64,000 bases of DNA, from the NCBI GenBank assembly GCA_963793305.1, contig CAWBZV010000005.1, positions 416,001 to 480,000 on the forward strand, given 5' to 3'. Made by a program: the position numbers and the translations under genes. Of this stretch, positions 48,062-58,637 are shown in pieces. Source of the DNA: an uncultured Gemmatimonadales bacterium. GTDB lineage: Bacteria; Gemmatimonadota; Gemmatimonadetes; Gemmatimonadales; Gemmatimonadaceae. The notes below the pieces were generated by a model, which made no database searches, was not told the DNA's origin, and worked only from the letters and a program-made list of their open reading frames with translations. Within the stretch, counting starts at the first letter, position 1; each line of letters begins with the position of its first letter.

Positions 48062-48820
48062 TTAGTGAGCGGCCCAGTGTTTCGCAGTCGTCCAGTGCGC
48101 GAGATCGAAGAGCGCCGGGTCGAGTGGCGGATCGGCTTTGATGTCGCTGTACTCCTCGCGCTGGCGGAGCGCGCCGTCGAAGTAGAACTCGCAGACCGGC
48201 GAGATCCATCCGCCGGCGAGCGGTTGGTAGTCATCGAAGCGCGCATCGAGAATCCGGGGAGACCCTGGACGCAACGGCCCCAGCATCCGAACGACAACCA
48301 GGCGCTCGGTGTCGATCCAGAACTGGGCGGTCTTGCGATCACCGGAGTCCGCGCCGACCACCGTCGTCCGTCGCCCCTCCCACATCTCAGTGTGCGTCTT
48401 CGACAGGTCGTATCCCGCCGCGCGCAACGTCGACGCGGACTGATCGACGGAGACGACGTAGACATTGAAGAGCAGCGGCATGAGGGGGTTGCCGCCGGCA
48501 TTCCGCTTCGAAACGGCGCCGTGGTCAATGACGAACGTGGAGTCGGCGGTCATCAAGATCCCGTTCGCATCGGTTAGCGGTGCGCGATCGATGCGCAGCA
48601 TGCCGGGGAGCTTCGAGGTTTCGTACCAGGTCTCGGTCGAGATTTTGCCGTCCGGCGAGTGGAGTGTTGTCTTTTGCTCGAAGGTGAGGGTGTGGTACCA
48701 CGTGGCGGCGTATCGATCGTGCATGCGGCGGATGACCGCTACGCCGGGGTCATCCGGGCGCGACGCGGCCGGCATCGTCATGGATAAGAGACTGGCACTG
48801 AGCAGGAGCAAAAATCGCAT
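48062..48820 (-). CDS. Secreted hypothetical protein (LolA-like fold possible)
   Basis: Signal peptide; WYHTLTFEQKT, PGMLRID, QFWID. Confidence 0.75.
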   Translation of the reverse strand: MRFLLLLSASLLSMTMPAASRPDDPGVAVIRRMHDRYAATWYHTLTFEQKTTLHSPDGKISTETWYETSKLPGMLRIDRAPLTDANGILMTADSTFVIDHGAVSKRNAGGNPLMPLLFNVYVVSVDQSASTLRAAGYDLSKTHTEMWEGRRTTVVGADSGDRKTAQFWIDTERLVVVRMLGPLRPGSPRILDARFDDYQPLAGGWISPVCEFYFDGALRQREEYSDIKADPPLDPALFDLAHWTTAKHWAAH

Positions 48821-48889
48821 CGTACACTCGTCGTAAGAATGGTGAGCGGCGAACCGGAATATAGGCGCGCGCGAACGTGTGCAAGGGAT

Positions 48890-48907
48890 GTTGGAATCGT
48901 ACAAGAC
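48890..48907 (+). promoter_or_regulatory. Regulon box 11
   Basis: GTTGGAATCGTACAAGAC; CAGGAT at +19, ATG 48939 at +32. Confidence 0.8.
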
Positions 48908-48938
48908 ACAATGCGGTATCACGGCCAGGATGGCTCTC

Positions 48939-50805
48939 ATGGGTACTGCGCAGACACTCGGGCTACGAGATCGGTTCGCGCTGACACTCTTGGGTGTATT
49001 GGTCCTGATCGGTGGGCCGCGAAGCGGCGGGGCGCAAACGGTCAGTGGTGTCGTGCTGTCGGCTGCGGACAGTCGGCCGGTGCCCTACGCGACGATCATC
49101 GTCGATCAAGCGCAAGGGCGGTTCGCCGATAGCGTGGGGCGGTTCGTGCTCAGCGGACGCGGTTCGTACCGCGTGCGGGGGCAGCAGATTGGATTCTCAT
49201 CGGTGGACACCGTGGTGAGTGCCGGCACTGGGAGCATCCGCATCGCGATGCAGCCGGTTGTCATCAACACGGCAGCGATCTCAGTGGCGCGCAAGGGAAA
49301 AGCGTGCATGACGCCTGGATTGTCGGAGGGGACTGCCCAAGCGGATCTGGTGGTCTTGTTTGACCAGCTGCGCGAGAATGTAGAGCGTTACGAGATCTTG
49401 TTCGACCAGTATCCATTCCGCTATCGGTGGGAGGCGCGGCGATCGATTGCGTTGCATGGAGTGAGTGATCTGCAGACGGACAGCACGGTCGGTGTGGACA
49501 CCACGTCCTACGACAGCCGCGATCGGCATCGGTACAGCGTGGGCTCGGTACTCTACGAGGAGCGGTCAGAGCGGGGGACGCCGCAGCTCATGATGTACCT
49601 GCCGACGCTCCGGGATCTCACGGATTCGGTGTTCCTGGCGGCCCATTGCTTCGCGTACTCGGGTGAGGCCAACCACGAGATGCGCATCGATTTTCGTCCC
49701 CTCGACCGCATCAAGACGGCCGACGTGGCGGGGTCGGTGTTTCTCGATGCGACCCGGTATGTCGTGAGGCGAGCCGCGTTCAGTCTCACGCGCCGAGAGG
49801 CGGTGAGCTCGTCGATTCCGAGTGTCATGGTGACGACGACATTCACGGAGGAGGTGCCGCTCGTCCCGATTCTGGTAGCGGCGCGCACGGAGGAGCCGCT
49901 GCACGGGGTCTCCGTCGCGGGGTTGGATCCAAACCATCCGGTGGTGGTGGCGCAAGGGACCGCCGGGGGGACGACGCCGGAGGGATTCCCGCACCCGGAG
50001 ATGGAGCGGCTGGCGGTCGAGGAGGATCGCATGCTGGACCACTCTTTTCTGGGAGAATCGATCGGGTCCCGAGGTGTGCCGAGTGCATTCAGAGGCACTG
50101 CCGGCGCCTCGCCTGACGCTCGGGGCTAGGTGCACGATGCCGGCTTCGTTCGAGACCGCTGACGTGCCGATTTACGCGACGCTCGCGGGGGCTGTGCCAA
50201 TAGACTGGCGGGCGGACAATGTACTGAGAGGCATCCGGTCGCTGTTCCATTTGCCGAGTGATGTCGCGCTTCCGGTGTATGGGTATGGAGTGGGGGCGAA
50301 GGTCACGCCGGGGCTGACCGGACAGGTGGCGTTCACGCTCGATGCGGCTGGTCGGTTAGTGCAGGTTGGCGTGACGGCGAGCTCGCTCGTGTCCGGGATC
50401 GACAGCGGAATGGTGGCGATGGTGCGGGGCGCTGATGCCGCGCACGCGTTCAAGGGTTGGCGTGCGGGGCGGTACTCGCTCGGGCTTTCGTCTGCGCCGC
50501 CGGCCGCGGTCTCGCACTCGATCGTGTTGGCGCGTGTGTTCGCGGCCGTAATGCCGTTGGCGCGCGCCGCCGCGCTCGATCCCGACTCCGTGCAGCCGCA
50601 ACTCCCCGTGGGTGGCCAGTTCGAGATCGTGGTCGACGAGGGTGGCCGAGCGATGCCATTGACCCTGCGGGCCGTGACGGCGTCGCCAGATGCCGTGATG
50701 GCCGCCGCGCTGCAGGTCGTACCGGCGCTTCGGTTCCGTCCAGCGCTCACGGGATCGTGTCCGATTAAACAAGAGGTTCTGCTCAGCGGACAGTCGGCAC
50801 GGTGA
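48939..50805 (+). CDS. Carboxypeptidase-regulatory-like + TonB C-terminal-like protein; +1 frameshift at 50088-50089
   Basis: VSGVVL..PVPYATI..QIGF; C-terminal FEIVVDEGGR...LRFRPA; removing one T joins the two ORFs. Confidence 0.65.
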
Positions 50806-50858
50806 GGGCTCGCGGTTGCGCAGCGGGAGAGAGATGCGCGCGCGCGTGGGCCAGAGAT

Positions 50859-50876
50859 GTTGGAATCGTGCAAGAC
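50859..50876 (+). promoter_or_regulatory. Regulon box 12
   Basis: GTTGGAATCGTGCAAGAC. Confidence 0.75.
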
Positions 50877-50980
50877 ATCACTTGGCGTGGTACGGCGAAT
50901 ATCCGGTTGGGGGTGAATCATCATCCCCGTACACCAATCGCCACGAGACACACGCATCGCGTCCCGCAGCCGCACGCGAT

Positions 50981-50998
50981 GTTGGGTTTGTTCCAGAC
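50981..50998 (+). promoter_or_regulatory. Regulon box 13 (upstream of SusC-2)
   Basis: GTTGGGTTTGTTCCAGAC; CACATT at +19. Confidence 0.75.
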
Positions 50999-51089
50999 TC
51001 GTTGGTGCGATCTCATCACATTGGGACTCCCGGTAGTCACCGGTGCCGCGCGGGTCGTCCACACCCGCATTCTTTTGCGGAGGAGTACT

Positions 51090-54000
51090 ATGGGTGTAGT
51101 CCTTGTCCGTACCGGACGGATGGTGACGATAGCCGTGCTGTGTGCGGCTGCCGTCACGCGCATTGCGTCCGGCCAAGAATCACAACGCATTACTGGTCAG
51201 GTCCTCGATCTCGACGCAAAGTTCCCGGTGCCATTGGTGCGCGTCGCGGTCCCCGGTACCACATTGGGGACGCTGACGACCGACAGCGGGAGGTTCACGC
51301 TGCGGAACGTGCCGGCGGATGCGAAGTCGATCGAGGTCCGTCGCATTGGCTACCTCGGGGTGACAGTGCCGCTGGTGCGAGGGCAGACGGACTATACGAT
51401 CTCCCTCAAGCAAGATGTGCTGCACCTCGAGCAAGAGGTGATCACGGGGGTCTCGACGACGACGTTGAGTAAGACCGCGGCGACCTATGATCCGGTGATC
51501 ACCTCCGAGCAGCTGAACGGTGCGCCGGCGGCAACGATCGAAAACGCGCTGCAAGGCAAAGTGGCTGGCGTCCAGATCGACCAGAACTCGGGCGCGCCGG
51601 GTGGCGGCATGCAGGTGAATGTTCGCGGCGTGACGTTGATCTTTGGCAACACGGAGCCGCTCTATGTCGTCGACGGCGTCCTCGTGTCGAATGCGGTGTT
51701 TGCGACCGGCCTCAATGCCCTCTCCGGGGCCGGCAGTCAGAACGGCACCGGTCAGCCAGGCAACCAGGACCAGTCGGTGAACCGCATCGCCGACCTCAAT
51801 CCAAACGACATCGAATCGATTCAGGTCTTGGAAGGCGCCGCCGCGGCCTCGATTTACGGCAGCAAGGCGGCCGCCGGTGTCATCGTCATCACAACGAAGA
51901 AAGGCTCGGCCTCGAAAGTCGCGATCGACGCCACCCAGCGGTTCGGCACGTACAATCTCGAGCACGAGCTCGATGTGCGGCACTTCACCCTCGCGCAGGC
52001 CGACACCATGGGCGCGGCCGTGGGAATGACTTCCGCCCAGGTGCTGTCGAACTTCGACGGGTGTAAGGGATTCTGCGACCTCCAGAAGTCGCTCTACGGC
52101 GGCGGAGAGCTGTCCAACGAAAGCGATGTCACCGTGCGTGGCGGCTCGGAGAACACGACGTACTTCATGTCTGGCCTCACGAAGTATGACAATGGTGCCC
52201 AAATCAATACCGGTTACAACAAGCAGTCGCTTCGCGCGAACGTCAACCAGACGATCTTCAACACGATCAGCCTGGCCGCCAATCTCGCTTATACGTCGTC
52301 CTTGACGCGGACCGGCGTCAACGGGAACGATAACTTGGGCATCGCCGGGTACGACGTGTTGTCCTACACACCGTCGTGGTTCTGCATGAACTGCCACAAC
52401 GCCAATGGGTATGTCAACAACCCGTTCGGCTCGGCCAACGCCTTCCAGGATGCATTGTTGATCCAGACGCCGGACGAGGTCAATCGCACGACGCTGGGCG
52501 GTGCGCTCAACTGGAAGCTGTTCACGGCGACGAAGCAGAGCCTCGAGCTGGCGGCGGTCGGTGGTGCCGACTTCGTGAACGAGCACGTGCAACTCTACAT
52601 GCCACCGAATCTCCAGGTCGAGCACTCGGCGCTCGTCACGACCCCGGGTGTGAGCACCAGCAACCAAGGTTATGATCGGTTGTCGAACTGGTCCGTGAGC
52701 GTCATCCACCGCTGGACCCCGAGCTCTCTTGTATCCGCGACGACCTCGATCGGCATCACGCGCAACAAGGACGCCACGTATCAGACGGTCGACAACGCGA
52801 TTGGCTTGGTGCCGGGTGCGACGGCGTTTACGAGCGGCGCGGCGCTCACTCCGTTCTACCAACAGACCGAGTCGAATGACGCAGGCTACTATGTGCAGGA
52901 GCAGCTGCTGCTCTTCAATGAACGGCTGACGCTCACCGGTGGAGTCAATGCCGAGCGGAGCTCGAACGATGGGGCGGTCAATAAGCTGTTCCCGTATCCC
53001 AAGATCGCTGGCTCCTTCCGCGTCTTCACTGGTGACAACGAGTTGAAACTGCGCGCCGCCTACGGTCAGACGGGAACGCTGCCGATCTACGGCGTGAAGT
53101 TCGATTCGGCGAAGACGACCAACTACAACGCGATTACCGGCGCGGCATTCGGCCAAACACTGGGTGACCCCAACGTTCGCCCGGAGACCAACACGAGCAT
53201 CGAAACTGGTGCCGATCTCGCACTGTTCAAGGGACGCCTGAGCCTCAACGCGACTCTGTTCCAGAAGCGCGTCACGAACCTGCTCCTCACCGAGTTCATT
53301 TTGCCGTCCTCGGGATCCCTCGCGGCCTGGACCAACGGCGGGCAGTTGACGAACCAAGGGATCGAGCTGGCCCTGAACGCTACGCCGATCACGACGAAAC
53401 AGTTCTCCTGGATCACGACGGAATCCTTCTCTCGCATTTACGATCGCGTCGACAATCTCCCGATTCCGGGGTTCGCCGCCGGCAATTTCTTCGGGTACAA
53501 CCCATTCGGCGGCTACTTCATTCAGCCCGGCGCGTCGGTGAACGAGGTCTATGGGTATCCGAATGCCGCGACCGCGGCGTCGCAGACGCTGACGCAGTTG
53601 GGGAACATTGCACCCGCGTACACCGTTAGCTTCGGTCAGGATCTGAACTACGGACCGCTGCACCTGCACGCGTTCTTCGATTGGCGCGTCGGGCAGGTGG
53701 TCGCGAACCTCACGCAGCAGTACTACGACTTTGCGTTCGGTGGCTTGGGCGTCGGGATCCAAGGCAACCTGACGGACACGCTCGGCACCAAGGCGAGGAT
53801 AGCGGCCGTCGACAACGGCCAGACGGTGTACACGGAGACCGCCTCGTTCCTCAAGCTGCGCGAGTTGACGGCGAAATTCGACTTGCCGCAGGCGTTTGTG
53901 AGTCGAGTCGGCCAGGGATTTCTCCGGTCCGCGAGTCTCGAGCTCACCGGGCGCAACCTGCTCACATGGACGAAGTATCCTGGACTCGATCCCGAGGTCT

Positions 54001-54095
54001 CGAACTTCGGCTTGCAGAGTTTTGGCCGTGGTCAGGACGTGACGCCGTATCCCCCGACTCGCAGCTACTTCGTCTCCTTAGACCTGGGCTTCTGA
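51090..54095 (+). CDS. SusC/RagA-family TonB-dependent receptor 2
   Basis: GGAGG RBS; LQGKVAGV, PLYVVDG, LNPNDIESI..GAAAASIYGSKAAAGV, RPE, YPGLDPEV, C-terminal F. Confidence 0.95.
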   Translation: MGVVLVRTGRMVTIAVLCAAAVTRIASGQESQRITGQVLDLDAKFPVPLVRVAVPGTTLGTLTTDSGRFTLRNVPADAKSIEVRRIGYLGVTVPLVRGQTDYTISLKQDVLHLEQEVITGVSTTTLSKTAATYDPVITSEQLNGAPAATIENALQGKVAGVQIDQNSGAPGGGMQVNVRGVTLIFGNTEPLYVVDGVLVSNAVFATGLNALSGAGSQNGTGQPGNQDQSVNRIADLNPNDIESIQVLEGAAAASIYGSKAAAGVIVITTKKGSASKVAIDATQRFGTYNLEHELDVRHFTLAQADTMGAAVGMTSAQVLSNFDGCKGFCDLQKSLYGGGELSNESDVTVRGGSENTTYFMSGLTKYDNGAQINTGYNKQSLRANVNQTIFNTISLAANLAYTSSLTRTGVNGNDNLGIAGYDVLSYTPSWFCMNCHNANGYVNNPFGSANAFQDALLIQTPDEVNRTTLGGALNWKLFTATKQSLELAAVGGADFVNEHVQLYMPPNLQVEHSALVTTPGVSTSNQGYDRLSNWSVSVIHRWTPSSLVSATTSIGITRNKDATYQTVDNAIGLVPGATAFTSGAALTPFYQQTESNDAGYYVQEQLLLFNERLTLTGGVNAERSSNDGAVNKLFPYPKIAGSFRVFTGDNELKLRAAYGQTGTLPIYGVKFDSAKTTNYNAITGAAFGQTLGDPNVRPETNTSIETGADLALFKGRLSLNATLFQKRVTNLLLTEFILPSSGSLAAWTNGGQLTNQGIELALNATPITTKQFSWITTESFSRIYDRVDNLPIPGFAAGNFFGYNPFGGYFIQPGASVNEVYGYPNAATAASQTLTQLGNIAPAYTVSFGQDLNYGPLHLHAFFDWRVGQVVANLTQQYYDFAFGGLGVGIQGNLTDTLGTKARIAAVDNGQTVYTETASFLKLRELTAKFDLPQAFVSRVGQGFLRSASLELTGRNLLTWTKYPGLDPEVSNFGLQSFGRGQDVTPYPPTRSYFVSLDLGF

Positions 54096-54098
54096 CCG

Positions 54099-55605
54099 AT
54101 GCGTATCTCTCGAAGCATCTCTGACGGTCCTGAGCACTGGCGGGGCGCTGGCGCTCGCCGGCTGCAACGAAGCGCTCATCCCGGACTACAATACGCTCAC
54201 CGGTTTCCCGCACGCGGTGGGCTCGATGCAAACCGAAATGACTGGCGTGTTCAATGGCCTCCGCGCGGCCGACGCGTTCAACATGGTCAACGAGATGGAC
54301 GCATTTGCTCGAAGCGCGGCCTACTATACGTCATCGGAAGCTCGGTTCGTGACGGAAGAGACCGGCAAAGCCTTGCTGGACGACGACAATTTCGGCGCGA
54401 GCATCTGGAACAATCCCTTTACTGCCATCAAGTCGGCCGACACGGTCATCGCCATTCTCCCGACGCTGATCACGCCCAACGGTTCCGCATACCCGGCGGC
54501 GAACGTGAAGGCGCTCCAAGCCGTGATGGAAACGCATAAGGCGTTCGATTACATGTACGTCGCCCTCTCGCACGACACGAATGGGGTGGCGATGAGCAGT
54601 CCCGGCGGCCCGATCACCGGGACGCTGGCGCCGATCCTCTGCGCTCGCGACTCATGGGCGGAAATCGTGGCCATGCTCGACACCGCGAAGGCCGAACTGG
54701 ATGCCGCCGGCGCGGGTACGGCGCTCGCTCTCCCTGGCGCGAGTCCCGCTTTCACCCTCCAGATGCCGCCGGGGTATGCCGCGCTTGGTGGCACGGCGGG
54801 TGGCTTCGAAGGCTTGACGTTGGCACTCCGGGGTCGGGCGCGCATCGAGTACGCGTACGCGATCGCCCGCGGGCCAGGTGGCACGGCTCCGACGGCCACA
54901 AGCGCCGGTTCGCCTGACCAGGCTCAACTCGACTCGGCGATCGCGGATATCACGGCTTCGTCCCTGTACAGCCCAAATCTTACCGCCAGCGAGGCCATCC
55001 CGGGGAGTGATCTCGGTGTATTCATGTCGTTCTCGCCCTCCGCGGGTGACGTTTCCAATCCCATCTTCGGGATCTCGGCGTCGACGTTCGTGCTCGAGGG
55101 AGCGGCGCAACAGATCGACACGCTGCATGATCAGCGGTTTCTGGCCAAGTTCGCGAAGGCTCCGGCCGCGCCCACGTCTACCGGTGCGTCCGCCGCGTCG
55201 AGCTACGCGTACTTGAACAACATCGACCTGTCGACGCCAATCCCTATGGTGCGGAACATTGAGCTCCAATTCTTGCTGGCCCGCGCGTACCTCGGCACCG
55301 GCCAACTCCTCAAGGCCGCGCAAACGGTCGATGCCGTGCGTACGACCGTGGGCGGGCTCGCGTCAGGCCTGGGCGGCGTCAATGCCTCGAGCTACACGTC
55401 GGTGCGCGATTTTCTCATGCGCGAGATGCTGCCAAGTCTCATGGAAGACGGGACGGGCGATCAGATCGTCGCCATTCGCGACTACGGTTTGATCATGCAG
55501 GATCTGACGACGTGGGGCGCTAGTGACTTCCACACGTCGATGTTGAATATCCCGGCTCCCGAAAGGGAGCAGCGCAACAACAATTTCGCAGCGGTCTGTC
55601 CGTAA
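54099..55605 (+). CDS. SusD/RagB-like lipoprotein 2; +1 frameshift in signal peptide near 54113
   Basis: Removing one A gives MRISRASLTVLSTGGALALAGC lipobox; PIPMVRNIEL, IPAPE. Confidence 0.8.
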
Positions 55606-55620
55606 TCTCCCGACCCCACG

Positions 55621-55651
55621 TGGCCGCCGTACGACAGTCGTACGGCGGCCA
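55621..55651 (+). terminator. Hairpin after SusD-2
   Basis: TGGCCGCCGTACGA-CAG-TCGTACGGCGGCCA. Confidence 0.6.
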
Positions 55652-55865
55652 TTGCGCGGTGGCATTCAATGTCGTGGGCGTGGACTTCCAGCGTGTGGAG
55701 GGTGCGGCGCGAGACGTGAACATTGCCGTTCGCAGTGGGTGTTTCTGCAATCCGGGGGCGGCGGAGCGGGCCGGTGTGATGGGCGCGGTCCGGGCATTGC
55801 TCGGCATCGCGAGCAACATGGGCGACATTGATCGATTGGCCGAGGTGCTCCAGGCGATCCGTTGA
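55652..55865 (+). pseudogene. C-terminal stub of class-V aminotransferase (Moco-sulfurase-like)
   Basis: VAFN...RSGCFCNPGA...GAVR..LGIASN..D. Confidence 0.6.
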
Positions 55866-55873
55866 GCGCGGAC

Positions 55874-55891
55874 GTTGGCTTTGTACAAGAC
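55874..55891 (+). promoter_or_regulatory. Regulon box 14
   Basis: GTTGGCTTTGTACAAGAC; ATG 55923 at +32. Confidence 0.75.
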
Positions 55892-55922
55892 CGCGCGCGG
55901 TCGAGCAGCGATACGTGGTGTC

Positions 55923-56382
55923 ATGGCCATCACGATACGACCGGCTCGACCAGGCGACGAGCCGCGTTGGAGGGAGCTGTGGACCGCGTACAACCGCTTT
56001 TACGAGCACGAGGTGCCGGAAGCGATCACGCGATCGACCTGGTCGCGGATTCTCGATCCGGCCTCGAGTGTCCGTGCGGTTGTCGCTCAAGACGTTGACG
56101 GGACGACCATTGGGTTTGCCAACTATATCGTCCATGACGGGACCTGGTCGATCGAGTCCGTCTGCTGTCTCGAAGATCTGTATGTCGATCGAGAGCGCCG
56201 CGCTCGCGGCGTCGGCCGGCTCCTCATTCGATTGGTTGGTCGCCGAGATGAAGGCGAAAGGGTGGGCGAAGCTCTATTGGATCACGCATGAGACCAACTA
56301 TCGCGCGCGGTCGTTGTACGATACGTATACCGCGCACAGCGGATTTCTGCGGTACGTCATTCCGAACCGTACCGAGCCCTGA
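55923..56382 (+). CDS. GNAT acetyltransferase; +1 frameshift near 56228
   Basis: LEDLYVD..RARGVGRLLI / DWL...LYWITHETNYRARSLYD. Confidence 0.85.
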
Positions 56383-56389
56383 GGGATCG

Positions 56390-58396
56390 TCACCTGCGCG
56401 CGACATCCCCGACGGCCGACAGATCGTGCGCGACGGTCGAGAGTCTGCGACGTGGCTCGGCGCCATTCTCTTGGCCGGCATGGGCGTCCAGTTGCGCGGC
56501 GAGCTGGCCGAGCAACGCTCGACGGCGTGCACCCGTAGCCTTCTCGGATTGGGCGAGCAGGATGCGCATCTTCACGATCTCGTCCGGGGTTGTCGTCTCT
56601 GAACGCGCGAGTTGGTCGAGGTAGGCCCGGGCCAGCGCGAAGCTTGCCGGCCAGACGAACTTGGGTTGGCCTTGGACGTTGAGCTCCGTGAATCGCACGG
56701 TTTTCGCGGCGTCGATCTCGTTTTGAGTCAGGAAACGGCTGGGCGTCAACTCGAGCACATTGAGGCCGCGAGTGATTTCGGAGCTGACGATGAGACCATT
56801 GTACCAGTAGGCCGACCAGGAGCCTCCGACGACCATCGTCGTCGAGTCGATGGGGCCGCGGTCGAAGAACGCGATCTCCCGTGGGTGTGAGGGGTCGGTC
56901 CAATCAAATACGGAGACCCCGCCCTGATACCAGGCCTGGACCATGACGTTGCGGCCGGGGATCGGGATCAAGGAGCCGTTGTGCGCGACGCAGTTCTCGT
57001 ACGCTGTCTGGGGAGCCGCCATCTTATAGTATGCCTTAAACACCAGTTTCCTGTCGGTGATCGTGAAGATGGCGTCCGCGCCCCACTCGCGCGGGTCTGA
57101 CGCGCGGCATTTCGGTCCTCCGCCGCCGCCCCATTCGTCGCTGAAAACGAGCTGAGTGCCGTCGTTGTTGAACGTGGCGGAGTGCCAGTAGGAGAAGTTG
57201 GTGTCGGCGACGGCGTCGATGCGGGCGGGGTGCGCGGGATCATGGATGTCCAGCAGCATCCCGTATCCGTCGCAGGCGCCGCCGGCCAAGCCGATCGCCG
57301 AGTAGACGGTGATATCGTGGCACTGGTCGGAGAGGGCGGGGGCGTTCATGCTCATGCTCATGTTCATGCTCATGCCGCCACCCAGATTCGTGGTGTCCAT
57401 CCCCATGGCTTTCGCCATTCGGACGGGGAGCGCTTGGCGCAAGACGGCGCTGTCGGCGGACGTGGGGCCACCAGTACCCCCGCGTGCCTTGACGATGCTA
57501 TCCAGCAGCGGGTCGACGAAGGCTGATGAGAGAATGGTCTCTTCGCCCATCATTTGTACGGTGAACGCGCCGCGGGCGTGCGCGGCGGCGAGGTCGTCAC
57601 GATCCGCTTGCGACGTGCCGTGTGTGCCGACGGCGTCGAGGTTGTTCAGGATGTGTGGCGTGCTGACGATCGCCGCTTGCTCGGGGTGCGCCAGCGGGAC
57701 CTTAATGACCTCGATCCGAAAGAGGGCCGAGTTGGCATCGTGGTCGGGAGTAGCGGCGCTGCATTGGGCCAGCTCTTCGGGCGGGCGTACAGGTGCCGTG
57801 CCCGAGACATACACGTAGACGTTGTCGTGGTCCGCAGGATCGACCAAGAGGGTGTGCGTGTGCGAGCCGCGACACGTTTGCACGTTGGCGACCGACTTGG
57901 GATGCGCGAGGTCGGCTATGTCGAAGATTCTGATGCCGCGGAATCGCTCGGCGCTGACCGTTTCTTTGACGCCGCCGCCCGCGCAGTCGAGCCGGCCTTC
58001 GCTGCCTTCGTTCGAGACGAAGAGCAGGTTGTGGTAGACCGATACGTCGCCTTGTGATGCGGGGCAATAGTGGGCGGCTTTGAGCGTGGGGTGACTCGGG
58101 CTGGCGATGTCCCAGATCTGGAAGCCGCTGTAATTGCCTTGAATCACATAGTGGTCTGTGAACGCGAGATCGGAATTGTCGGTGGCGGCGAATCTCGGCG
58201 AGGGATGTGTGTTCGACAGGAGCCTCATGTTCCGCGCGGCTTGTCCGGCATCCCACTGGCCGGCTTTGAGGCCAACGCGAGGATCAGGAGTTGCCGAGGG
58301 CTGGCTCGCCACTGACGGGCCACCGGCGTGTGCGCAGGCGAACATCGCCAGGCAGGCCAGCGCGAGGAGCGGGGCGTTCGTCAACGTTGTTGGCAT
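56390..58396 (-). CDS. LVIVD-repeat beta-propeller lipoprotein
   Basis: Lipobox MFAC; CPASQGDVSV, QTCRGSHTH, CHDIT, DEWGGG, CVAHNG, WSAYWYNG. Confidence 0.85.
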   Translation of the reverse strand: MPTTLTNAPLLALACLAMFACAHAGGPSVASQPSATPDPRVGLKAGQWDAGQAARNMRLLSNTHPSPRFAATDNSDLAFTDHYVIQGNYSGFQIWDIASPSHPTLKAAHYCPASQGDVSVYHNLLFVSNEGSEGRLDCAGGGVKETVSAERFRGIRIFDIADLAHPKSVANVQTCRGSHTHTLLVDPADHDNVYVYVSGTAPVRPPEELAQCSAATPDHDANSALFRIEVIKVPLAHPEQAAIVSTPHILNNLDAVGTHGTSQADRDDLAAAHARGAFTVQMMGEETILSSAFVDPLLDSIVKARGGTGGPTSADSAVLRQALPVRMAKAMGMDTTNLGGGMSMNMSMSMNAPALSDQCHDITVYSAIGLAGGACDGYGMLLDIHDPAHPARIDAVADTNFSYWHSATFNNDGTQLVFSDEWGGGGGPKCRASDPREWGADAIFTITDRKLVFKAYYKMAAPQTAYENCVAHNGSLIPIPGRNVMVQAWYQGGVSVFDWTDPSHPREIAFFDRGPIDSTTMVVGGSWSAYWYNGLIVSSEITRGLNVLELTPSRFLTQNEIDAAKTVRFTELNVQGQPKFVWPASFALARAYLDQLARSETTTPDEIVKMRILLAQSEKATGARRRALLGQLAAQLDAHAGQENGAEPRRRLSTVAHDLSAVGDVARR

Positions 58397-58570
58397 CGTC
58401 AGCGATGTCGAAGTGGAGATGGTGAGGGGCGTCCTCGCCGCCAAGGTAGCGCGCTTCGTCCTGCTGATTGTGCGGGTTTCGTGTCCGCTGTGCGCAGTGT
58501 GTGAAGGCGCGGTTCGCGCGCGCCACTCGAGAGCGCAACCGACATGCGCTAGCATTGCCGCGACGCGCTT

Positions 58571-58588
58571 GTCTTGCACGAACACAAC
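58571..58588 (-). promoter_or_regulatory. Regulon box 15
   Basis: GTTGTGTTCGTGCAAGAC; 13 nt before TTGACG on + strand. Confidence 0.75.
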
Positions 58589-58637
58589 GTCGCTTCGTGC
58601 CTTGACGCGGCCATTTCTTTGGCGCTAAGTAGCGGCC

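Noticed and set aside
51180..53762. Very long antisense or alternate-frame ORFs (also 19857-21815, 36020-37834, 61777-63474, 4397-5881)
   Set aside because: Shadow ORFs of GC-rich real genes; Arg/Ala-rich with no family motifs
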